Assembly (NCBI GenBank): GCA_047495785.1
Contig: JBLDXI010000046.1
Location: 1,674,001 to 1,738,000 of the forward strand
DNA: 64,000 bases
Direction of reading: 5' to 3'
Origin: Lepidodermella squamata
Taxonomy: Eukaryota; Animalia; Gastrotricha
In this document: piece by piece, positions 20,797 to 31,014 of the stretch
Numbering within the stretch: position 1 is the stretch's first letter
Layout of the letters: each line of letters begins with the position of its first letter
Position numbers and translations under genes: made by a program
Notes under the pieces: generated by a model
What the model was told of the DNA's origin: nothing
Database searches by the model: none
What the model saw: only the letters and a program-made list of their open reading frames with translations

Positions 20797-21180
20797 CCTC
20801 GTCTACGAAATGCTGTTCATCCGCGAGAAAAAACCAAAAATCAACAAACAAACAGACTCAATAAAGGCTAAATTGTTTACATAACACACATGTTACACCC
20901 TTATCGTGTACTTCTAAATTGTAAATATTCTTACTATTTACTACTTACCTCTCTCAAAATACCTAAAATCCTTGTTGTGTCTTCCTCTCTTTCCACTTCA
21001 TCCGCCTATATCCTAATTCTTATTTATATCTAACAGACCTTTGTTGATGACTTCTACTTTTAATTGTTATTTGTTTTGTCTTGATAGATGCCTGAAGATG
21101 ACGTTGAGAATAACGTCGAAACGTTGCAAACGAATTTTAAAGATAGAAGAATAAAAGCGCTTTCAATAAAGTTATGCCTT
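20797..21180 (+). mobile_element. 5'-truncated Penelope-like element (GIY-YIG C-terminus + 3' pLTR region)
   Basis: Encodes LVYEMLFIREKKPKINKQTDSIKAKLFT* (stop 20882-84), resembling the typical PLE GIY-YIG end. Followed by a pyrimidine-rich tract, a hammerhead motif and AATAAA. Confidence 0.8.
21089..21128 (+). ncRNA. Minimal type-I hammerhead ribozyme (Penelope-associated)
   Basis: UGC-CUGAAGA-U-GACGUU(GAGAAU)AACGUC-GAAAC-GUU-GCA: core CUGANGA/GAAA, 6-bp stem II, palindromic AACGUU in place of stem III, 3-bp stem I. Confidence 0.7.
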
Positions 21181-21470
21181 AGGTATTAAAAATTGTTCGT
21201 TGCTGAACTGCCAGCCTGAAAACCGTGGATCGCACGAAAATAGGCGATAAACGATGAGAACGGTTGTAGCCTCGTGACAAAATTCTAAGAACTGGCAACT
21301 TTTAATCGCGTTGAATAATTTTTTAGGGCCTAACAAGAATTTTTATTGATGTAATATTTTAATTTGAGAGTTGGGCTACATCTATTGCATAATGCATTAT
21401 CATACGATATTGGAAGACATCAAATCAGCGTTTTGATCTCCGCTAGAAAAATCACACGATGGAACGCAGG

Positions 21471-23633
21471 TTAATTTGCATTTGCCCGTAAAAGAATCTC
21501 AATTGTCTTCGCCTTGTTTCCTTGCTGCTGCCCGTACTGTATCGCGGCATTGTTGGCGTAGTACAAAGCCGTCTTCCCAGCATCGTCGACAAGATTGACG
21601 TTTGCGCGAAAATTATTTATCAGCTCGTCGACAACAACGTGATGACAACTTTCTGATGCTATCATCAATGGCGTCTTGCCATTGGCGTTGTGGACAGCAT
21701 CAACGTTTGCATTGAAGTCGCCGATTAGAATCCTAACCACCTCGACATTGCCACTCCAAGCCGCCGCATACAGTGGTGTCCCCCCATACCTGGTCGCAGA
21801 ATTGACGTCCGCCTTAAATTTACCAGCTATCATCTTAACAACCTCGCTGCTGCCATTTTGAGCAGCAGCAGTAAGGAGCGTGCCGCCACATTCGCTTTCA
21901 ACGTCGATCCTCAGTCCGAGCTCTTTGTTGGACAGCAGTCGCGCTAATTTAGTCCGATTACGATTATGCACACAGTCGAAAAGCAGCTGAAATCGTAAAA
22001 TGGCTTTTCCTAATGTAAGTCTAGTGTAGTCAGAAGCGGAGTTATACCTTAACGTCATCGGAAAGTGGTTCGATCCCGGGATATCGCGACTATGAAAATA
22101 GGTAGATAGAAACACAACATGAAAGGTATTTAAATGATCTTACTTTCAGAACTCTGTTACCGAATTTCCATCTGCTAACAGCTTTGAATAAGCCAAGCGA
22201 AACATTCTTGAACAAATGCTCCACATCTTCCATCGTCAGATCATTTGGATCTTCTATATCGTTAACTATCGCGAAAGCTTCACAGTTCAATGCTGCCTTA
22301 TTTTTAACATATACCTTCAAGTATGTTCCACATCTTTTCGTTCAATTCAGCATTGTTTAAAATCTTCTCACGGGAAGCTAGGCCTTTCTGCAAAATAACT
22401 CGTGTTCACCTTAAATAAAAGCCTAGCAAATTTCACTTGGTCTTTCTTTTCGACTTCGGACTGATTTTTTGCTATTTCGGGATCCATTTTCTTCAGTAGG
22501 AAGCTGCTGTTGTAGAGCTGAAAACCAGTCGCTCGGCGGGCGGTATCTTTTTCAAGCAGAGACGTAACGAAATCACAAAGTTCTGTCGAATAGCCACGGG
22601 ATTTATCAAACTGTTTTGAAGGGTTCCTTATTTCAATTTGAAATTGCAGAAATTGGATCAAAATATTTTAATCCAGCCTACTTCACGATGGCGAATGGGC
22701 TCTCAAACTAACGAGATATAAGATGAAATTCGAATGATTTTTTTAGTCATAATACAATTACTTACCGGTTTTCCGAAATTAAGGACTTCAAACAGCGTTA
22801 CGCCTAGTGACCACCAATCGCTCGCTGGCGCATAAGGCTTGCCTTCTAAAATTTCAGGCGATGCGTATAGCAACGTGGCAACGCCAGTAAAGGCACTCTT
22901 CGATTCCCTTATAACAAATATCCTTTCTAAAAAAAATGAATGCAATAGGGTATACGTAAAACATTACGGATTATAGGCCTTCGCAATTCCGAAATCGCCC
23001 AGTTTCGCGGTGTTCGCATCGCCGGTCAAGAAAATGTTCTCCGGTTTAATATCCCGATGAACAATCGATTTATCATGTAAAAACTTGATGGCTGAGACGA
23101 GTTGACGAGACCAAGATTGAACTCGGATCTCAGATATCGCGCGTTCCGCCTGTTGATAGAAACTCAGCAAATTACCACCGTCGCAAAATTCCATGACAAG
23201 GTAGTACATTTCATCGCCAATCTTCCCGATTTCCGCTTCATCGTTAACGCCTGGATGATTTCGAAGATATGAAAGAGGTTGCTGTCTAGGCATGGAGCTT
23301 TACCTTCAAAAGCTCCGAAAACTCTTACAATGTTTGGATGATTAACTTGGGCCATCTTTTGATGCTTGAATATTGCAGTTATTAGGTTTAATAATCAACT
23401 AGTACTATTAAAAGCCATTGTTATACCTCTCCTCTGGTCATTTCGACTATCTTGTCGGCCAATCCAACATCTGCATAATTTTTGCGCCGAATTTCGGAAA
23501 GGCTGGCTCCTTTCACAACGTAATCTGCATAGTCGCAATCTCGTCGACAAAGCCACGCCGATCCGAAGCCGCCACGGCCCAGTAATTTTACGCGTTTAAA
23601 CTCCGAAAGTGATTGATAAGATGGCGACGCCAT
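21471..23633 (-). CDS. Multi-exon NEK-like Ser/Thr kinase fused to C-terminal ankyrin repeats
   Basis: LGRGGFGSAWL, VVK, HPNIV, LVMEFCDGGNL, HRDIKPENIFL, KLGDFG, YASPE, SDWWSLGV spread over exons separated by ~50-nt introns; ankyrin repeats GTPLYAAAWSGNVEVVRIL and GKTPLMIA. Confidence 0.85.
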
Positions 23634-24054
23634 GGTTTCCTAAAATTTAAAATTTTTTAGGAAAATTCTGATGCTTGAAACAGCAACGTAATTCTAACCA
23701 ATGGTCATTTCGTTACTTTTGTTTATTTTCGCTGAAATTGCATTACATTTTATCAGGAGAGGATAAGGGAGATAACAACCGCAGCATGACCGCAGCTCAT
23801 AATCTCGTCGCCCTCGTAAATTTGTCGTATTGCTATGGAGATTACGGCAAGGATTTTACAGCAAAAAATCGAGCGAAAATCGAAACAAACCTAGACAAGC
23901 ATATTATCATTTCAAATTTGTCAGGAAAATAAATTATTTACCAGACTTCCACCGCTCTAAACCTTTAATTCTAAACCAAATTTGCATTGGTATGAGGTAT
24001 ATGGAGGTATGTAATATTGAAAAGGGCAAGCATAACCATTCAAATTCATTTTAT

Positions 24055-24501
24055 TTACAACACAACATGCTGAACAAAGTTGTCTTCAATCATGACGCTG
24101 CCTGGATGACAACGGCCGTTGCACGTCACCTTCGCCCTGTGGCATTTGCAGTTCGCACCTTTGCCCTTAGCACTACAATTGCCTTTGCAACCACAATGGG
24201 TACCAAAAAGAGACGATTTGAACACCACATCGGGGACATTTAGCGAAACTCGCCGCTTATTTACGATCGGCTTCGGCGCTCTCGTGATTTCACTTGAAAT
24301 GTCTGAGCTGCTGTTGGCTGGGGGCGTGATGTTCTTGATATCACCAACCTTGCCAATCGGGGCAATTTTGCTAGCCTTCTCTTGACTGACCTCAATCGCT
24401 GCCATCGGATTTTGCGAAACCCTCCGCTTTACGATTGGTTTCGGGGCTTTCAGGATTTCACCTGAGATGTCACTATTGGCTGCTGGGGGCGTGATGTTCA
24501 T
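24055..24501 (-). CDS. Small protein with an internal duplication and a C-terminal CXC-like Cys cluster (Ginger/KRBA2-transposase-tail-like)
   Basis: NITPPA...SDIS.EI..APKPIV.KRRVS.N occurs twice; HCGCKGNC...CKCHRAKVTCNGRCHP. Confidence 0.55.
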   Translation of the reverse strand: MNITPPAANSDISGEILKAPKPIVKRRVSQNPMAAIEVSQEKASKIAPIGKVGDIKNITPPANSSSDISSEITRAPKPIVNKRRVSLNVPDVVFKSSLFGTHCGCKGNCSAKGKGANCKCHRAKVTCNGRCHPGSVMIEDNFVQHVVL

Positions 24502-24950
24502 GTTGAAATGAAAGAATGAATGAAAGAGTGAATGAAAGAAGAAAAAAATGCAAATCGGAAATGCGTCAAGCTTCGTCATTTTTAAGGTGGCCATTTTAAA
24601 ATCGTTTCTTGCACCTGTCAAATATTCGAAAATAGGCGATAGACGATGAGAATCCAATTTCGAACGGTTGTAGCCTCGTGAAATGGGAGTAAAATGAGAC
24701 ATTTATTCCCAATAGCGAGGACAGTCATTCGACTTGAAGAGAAAAACCAAAAATCGCAATTTTAGGGGCTTGTCTTTGCCGTATAAGCCAGCCACGCTGC
24801 TGCGACTAATAATGACGTTCGAAACTGAGATGAAAAAAATAGCGAAAAAATGGAGTAGCGAGCATTTATTGGAGTGATTGAATGACACGAAGCGCACAAA
24901 ATGAGCAAGCAACAAAGAATAAACAACAGCAAACTCGTCAATTTTTTCGA

Positions 24951-27562
24951 TCAAAACTCAAACTGAGTTCTTCCCTCTTTACACCGGCCCTGCGTTGTCC
25001 ACCAGTCGTCGATGTCGCCGTACCATTTCGGCTGCACCGGGCTTGGGCTGTTCAGTACTTGGCACAGATCACAGAAATGTTTCGTAAAAGTAAAATTGTC
25101 CCCGAAATTCTCAATGTCGTAGTAAGGTTTCCACCAAAAATATGAATTGTACCGGGCGGCATCCTCGGCTAGTTCCAATAAAAAAGCTGCCAGTTCACGA
25201 GGCGACGCGAAATCACCGGCGTCAATATAGGAATGAGGCGGGGCGAATAGAGACATATTAGCGCCATTCATAACAACTGGAATCAAGTCCATGCTCGCGG
25301 CACGGTAAAATTTTTCAGTGACGTAGTCGCGGCATAGCGAGTTTTCGAAGGCGAGATAAAATTTGTATTTCGACGAGATGTGATCGAGGCATTCGGGTCT
25401 AGTGCCTTTGAACGCCTGCTGCCTCTGGCAAATACCAGCCGTCAGACTCGGCTGATTGTTGTTGCACCCGCCTATTGTATCGATTTCGATATATTTCGCC
25501 ATCTCTTGTATGTAGGCGTCTCGATGGGATATTGTGTCGCAATGAGATACCATCTTTAAATAAAGAATTTGATACACTGAACGCGAGTGATTTTTCACTT
25601 TTTCACCCAAACGACCGTTCCAGTTTTTCCGGCGAGTCGATTTAGCCGTCCTCTGGAGTAATCTGGAGTCTGCCGTGGTATGTAGCGGCCATAGTTGTAT
25701 CGAATGTCCGAATCGAGTCTAGTTTTTGAAGAAATAAACACAAATCGGATTGTCATTTGTCATTTTTCGGCCTTATTTTGTCATCTAATTTCCTCATTTT
25801 CTCACGGCTTTTCAGGGCAACTTGAGTCACCGCTGATGTAGCACGCTTGGGGTTCGTCTTTTCACCTAAAATTTCGGCTCTATCATCAATTTTTCATGCG
25901 TGATGACGGTGTGAAGAAAAGAAGACAACGCCCCCTCCTGGAATAACCTTAACCTTTTTTCATCTCACGCGCACTTTTTGATCGGGCAAATTAGAATGCA
26001 CTGTTATTGTAGCTGCACTTAATATTATAAGTTTATAAAACGCCTCTCTATGCGGAGGAAAATAACGAAACGATTCGCCTGCCGCGGTATTTAGCACGAA
26101 TAATAAAAAGAATAGCTATAAAGATGATGTTGCCGAGGCATTCAAGCGATGTCTAAAAAATCAGATAAAATATTAATTTTTAACGAAAATTTAAATTGAA
26201 ATAATTAGCTTGATGTGAAAATGTCAACTGCCAATTGATTAAGGAATCCTTGATGAGAACAAAATTTCAGCCTTGATAGTTCAGCGGCCTGAAACGCGAA
26301 ACGCCCCCGAAAATTGTGCATCCCTATTTCCATTCGGATGGTATCTTCGCCAAAAAACTTCGCATTCTGAATCGAAATCTGAGTAGAAAGGCCCAGCCGA
26401 TCGCCAACGATGAGCAAACAATTTGATTAACATGAAAGCAAATAAAAGGGGAACTGAATTTCTCGATTTTAATTTTGACTCGTTTTAATTCTTCAACGCC
26501 GTTCACCGCCGTGCGAATTTACAAATCTTCTATTCGCATGAGCTTTTGCTGAGAAGCTCACTTCAAATTTGGCCCTGAACATCAATCATGCGTCTGATTC
26601 AAATATCTTCATAAAAATTAAACATCCACCTTAAATGTTGTGCGTTGGCGAAAAATTGTACCCAATTTTTGTGAAAAAAAATAAAAAATAAAAAATGAAT
26701 GCCAGATATAGGTATATCCCAAATTTACGGATGAGTGATTCTGGTTGCGTTAACGTCAGAAAAATGACGTTTGAGTTCGGCGTTTCGAGGCAAATAAAAA
26801 ATTGACTATAATGCGTATTTTTGATACGGAAAAAATGCCGTAATCTCCAAGCACTAACCGGTAAGTCATAGTCAAATTGAAAAAATTCCGCAATTTTTTC
26901 AAATAACGTGCCGATGCGGAGTTGTAGTGCCAATCTCTACCTTTAGAGAGCCAGAAGAAAAGACATTTCGCTGATGAACAGAAAATTCATAACAAACTAT
27001 AAGTATGATCAGGTGATTCCCACAACACAAAAACCCATCCCTGCTCGGGCGTCCTTTGACTCGCTAATGGCAGGTCTCTATAAAAATAACCTTTGAACAA
27101 ATATTGCATGGAAATGAGGCGAAATTGTTTGACGAACACAAAATTGTAATTTCGAATATGGACCAAGACTGCATCTGCAGCAGGCAACACTGATCGATCA
27201 TTGGTCACCGAGCAACTGTTAAAAGGGCACTTCAGGTCGATGAAAGGCTGCTGGCCAGTCGCGCGAAGGTGCCAATCGGTATTATCGTAATACGAAGTCC
27301 ATAGTAAGATTTTCCTAATTGCTCGTTTTTTATCCTGCTGTTGGCTCGATGCGTCATCGCGGCTTGGTTTATTTTTCAAAGTATCATGGCGCTTCGGAAA
27401 AATCGGATAATGCCCCAGTTCAGAGTCAATTTGCAGCCGAAAAGTTTCCCTCGATTCGTAAACTGAAGGTAAGGCAACAAAAATTAAGTAGACGGATGAG
27501 GTTGAGACAAGGCCCAGTAGCAATTTCCTAAGCCGCCGTTGACTGATTGCTGTTGCTGTCAT
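24951..27562 (-). CDS. Alpha-1,3-fucosyltransferase (GT10)
   Basis: N-terminal TM anchor, ILLWT, CSVTNDRS..ADAVLVH, WESP, YKFYLAFENSLCRDYVTEK, SYID, YFWWK; ~1.3-kb intron between the halves. Confidence 0.93.
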
Positions 27563-28277
27563 CCTTTTTACGCGATATAACCTGTTTAGAATTGAGTTCG
27601 TCGTCCAAACCTAATTCGCCCAAACCATCATAGCGTGACGACACGTTATACAATAATAGCTGCACTATGGTTGCTATAGTATCTCAGGCGGCCTTAAACG
27701 GGGTTCATTTATTCTACTCGACAATAAAGTCTTGTGCTGTCATTAATTGCCACTACACATTTGCCGAGCCTTTTAAATTCAACGTTCTTGTTTTAATTTT
27801 GAATCTGAAGCTCCCTTAAAGGTGCACTCAACCAAATGAGCCATAAAAAGCTGATGAGCGGATATTTGAAGTGAAGTTCATCGGAATTCGAGATGCTTGG
27901 ATTTCCGTTTGCGCGATAGAAGCACTCCAATTTTCCGAGTTGAGCTGATTCTTTTGCTCGATAATTTTACTCTCCCCTAAGAATTCGGAAAAAAACCCGA
28001 AATTAAGCGATGCCATCAATTTTACTAAAATCGTAATTAAAAAACTTTTCAGGTCAAAATGTTTTTTTTTTATGTAAGCCACATGACTATAGGATCTCAC
28101 ACCGGGGACTATTGGGAACGAGATTTATATAGCGCCTGAATTTTCAATTAAACCGTCTCAAAATATTGTTCCTATCGACCGGTGACGTTTTGACATGCTT
28201 TTGTCAGCTGTAAAGGCGAGGAATAAAACTTGGACAATCGCAAAATATTCCTAAAAAATGCTTTTAGAATAGGAAAA

Positions 28278-28754
28278 ATGTCGATATTTTTGCTAGCTTT
28301 AGGCTACATTTCTATAGTCCTAGGTGGCGATAGAGTCGACCACGAGCAGTCGTTCAAATATGGCCACTGTTCGTTTCAGTTCGACTGTTTCACGGGTGAT
28401 CGATGCGTGAACGATCACTGCATCAGTAAACACCCTGTTCGGCACTACGGCCACTGCGATTTCGATTTCGACTGCCCGTCGCGCGACAAATGCTTCAACA
28501 ACCAGTGCTACAGTAAATCTCACGAAGCTGCATCATCGCTTCGCCAGGGTATCGATGTGTTGAAAACAAGTGGCCACAGCTATGGCCATTGCTCGTTCGA
28601 TTTCGAGTGTTTACCCGGTGATCGGTGTGTCGAGGATCAGTGCTACACTTTCAAATTTGTACCAAGGCCTTATCGCAAATGTTCAACGCCCTTGGACTGC
28701 TTCACGGGCGATCAGTGCATTGACTGGAAATGCTATAGCCGCAATCCTAGATGA
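28278..28754 (+). CDS. Secreted small protein with four Cys-rich repeats (C-x4-[DE]C-x5-C-x4-C)
   Basis: Signal-like MSIFLLALGYISIVLG; repeats YGHCSFQFDCFTGDRCVNDHC, YGHCDFDFDCPSRDKCFNNQC, YGHCSFDFECLPGDRCVEDQC, YRKCSTPLDCFTGDQCIDWKC. Confidence 0.85.
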   Translation: MSIFLLALGYISIVLGGDRVDHEQSFKYGHCSFQFDCFTGDRCVNDHCISKHPVRHYGHCDFDFDCPSRDKCFNNQCYSKSHEAASSLRQGIDVLKTSGHSYGHCSFDFECLPGDRCVEDQCYTFKFVPRPYRKCSTPLDCFTGDQCIDWKCYSRNPR

Positions 28755-28863
28755 ATGCCTGGACTGAGACAAAATGATAATAAAGCCTTTTATTTTCTTC
28801 TCCTTGAATTACGAAACAATTCAAATTTTGGTAGGTATCATTCAAGTTTTAGTTAGGATGGCT

Positions 28864-29577
28864 TCATTGGTGATAAGAAGTCAGGTGATGAAGTTTGCTT
28901 TCGTGCAGCTTCAACGAAATCGCCGAGGTGAATCTTTTTCCACACAATTCGCACACGAAATCACATTTTTCAGGGTGGCTGTGGCGTAGATGAGTTCGCA
29001 GTCCTTTTGCCGTCGTGTAAGAATGATCGCAATACGGGCAGACGTTCAATTTAGCTGGAGGTTTAACCGTGATAGGGTGAGTCATCGCAACCCATGATGT
29101 CAATCGCTCGAGTTCACGCTTACAGCCCAATGATCGAATCTGGTGTAATCGCAGTGAATTTACCGACTCGAATCGATTCGAACAAAATCCGCAATCGAAC
29201 GGGTAATCGCTCAGCTTTTCAGGGTGACTCTGTCGAATGTGTTGGCGAAGGGACGGCGTGGAAGCTCTCGCGATTGTGCAATGAGGGCATCGAACCTTGG
29301 CATCACCAGGGTCATTTTCCTCGACGGGCGGAACGCTGTTCAGTGGTACAACAGGCAGTGGGGTCGTAGGGTAGGCTGTTTGCCAGTACAGATATTCAAC
29401 GTTCGGCAGGCCGAGCTGAGAGTACGTCGGAAACGGCGAGTTGATTGTTGGCTGCAAATTAAGGTAATAGGTGCCCATATTTTTTGGAATGGCTTCATTT
29501 TCGCAGTTCTGTGTTTCACCATGATGTAAAACAACCCAGTTAGCCGCTGCATTACACCCCGACTGATCGTGCTCCAT
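28864..29577 (-). CDS. C2H2 zinc-finger protein (two duplicated finger pairs)
   Basis: CPHC...HIRQSH-PEK..FDCGFC...H and CPYC...HLRHSH-PEK..FVCELC...HESKLH. Confidence 0.85.
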   Translation of the reverse strand: MEHDQSGCNAAANWVVLHHGETQNCENEAIPKNMGTYYLNLQPTINSPFPTYSQLGLPNVEYLYWQTAYPTTPLPVVPLNSVPPVEENDPGDAKVRCPHCTIARASTPSLRQHIRQSHPEKLSDYPFDCGFCSNRFESVNSLRLHQIRSLGCKRELERLTSWVAMTHPITVKPPAKLNVCPYCDHSYTTAKGLRTHLRHSHPEKCDFVCELCGKRFTSAISLKLHESKLHHLTSYHQ

Positions 29578-29707
29578 TTCCTGCTAGAAGACATAAATAA
29601 ATAATGCGATTTAATTTTAACAAAGCTACCTGTGCACTCGCTAAAACTGTTAGGATTTATTCGTACGTGTTATATTATAACGTTAGAAATGAGATATTTT
29701 TTGATGT

Positions 29708-30326
29708 ATCGATGTTGGGGCCCGAGCCCGATTTCGGCCCGTACGCGTTCGGGCTGGCCCGTATGCGACCGGGTAACAGCACTTTACCACTCCGCGCTCG
29801 GGCCAGTCTATAACGTGCCCGTATGCGACGTTTACTGTAAATTTAACAAATTCGAATGAATCACGCTTCACCGCACACGGGCCGGCCAAGGTGTTAGCCC
29901 GAGCACGGCGGAGAACAATGGGATCCAGCGCTATTGTTAGGCATTCGCGCGCGCCGTACTCGGGCCGTCGGGTTTGGGCCGGGACTTGATACAGTTACCG
30001 GGTAGGGCTTTGGTTGTAGGATGACCCGAGCCCAGCGGCCCAAGCCCGGCGATCGATTCCAGAGGCCCGAGCCCTGCGGCCCGAGTGCGGCGCTGAACAA
30101 TAGCGCTGGATCCCATTGTTCTCCGCCGTGCTCGGGCCAACACCTTGGCCGGCCCGTGTGCGGTGAAGCGTGATAGTATCGAAATTGTTAAATTTACAGT
30201 AAACGTCGCATACGGGCATGTTTTAAAGCGGCCCGAACGCGGAGTGGCAAATCAATGTTACCCGTCTGCGTACGGGCCGGCCCGAACGCGTACGGGCAGA
30301 ATTCGGGCTCGGGCCCCAACATCGAT
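29708..30326. mobile_element. Foldback/palindromic GC-rich MITE
   Basis: Long (~250 bp) imperfect inverted arms starting ATCGATGTTGGGGCCCGAGCCCGA and ending TCGGGCTCGGGCCCCAACATCGAT; no clear TSD. Confidence 0.85.
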
Positions 30327-31014
30327 CACTTTAATTACTAGGTTACATCATGTGAGTTTGTAGGTGACCTTTGAGTGAAAGCATCATTATTGCCTGCAAT
30401 AAAGACGAAGAAAGCCGCATGGGTCGCCGCGCCATTCCATTTTTACTATTTATTAGCGCGAAAATGTGTGTCATCGGTTTACATCGCACTTTTCCACGTA
30501 AAGCTTGAAAATTTCGTAGTGTTGTAGGTGAATATTTCATGTCTTGAAAAATAACGGTTGATCAAAAATTAACCGGGTCTTGCTGACACTAATTTTGAAC
30601 TGAGATTAAATTGGATGACAAATATTATGCAAATATTGGAATATTAATGAAGCTTTTCATTTCCTTCTTCTTTCTTCTTGAATTATACAGCGATTAAAAT
30701 ACTGGAACTAAGCCATCTCCAGAAAAATCGCGAGGACACTTGAAAAAAATAAAACTTCAAATAAACTTCAAACACAAGTTAGTTGCTCACACTTTTATTT
30801 GGAAGTAACAAGAGCAGAAGGCTGAGATATTCAAATCACATGACATTTTTCTGATGAAGCGGACGTCAATGGACCATAACGAAATCGGCTATTTGCAGCC
30901 GGTTATTTAGCTTTCAAGTTGCTTATTGAGTCATTTTATTAATAATCACTGGAATAAATAGCATTAAAAATAAATAAATAAAAATAAAAATATTTGCATT
31001 ATTTTTGTTCCGAA

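Noticed and set aside
29604-30363. Several 68-75-aa ORFs on both strands
   Set aside because: Artefacts of the GC-rich palindromic element.
30851-30890. Second hammerhead-like CTGATGA...GAAA
   Set aside because: No stem II pairing.
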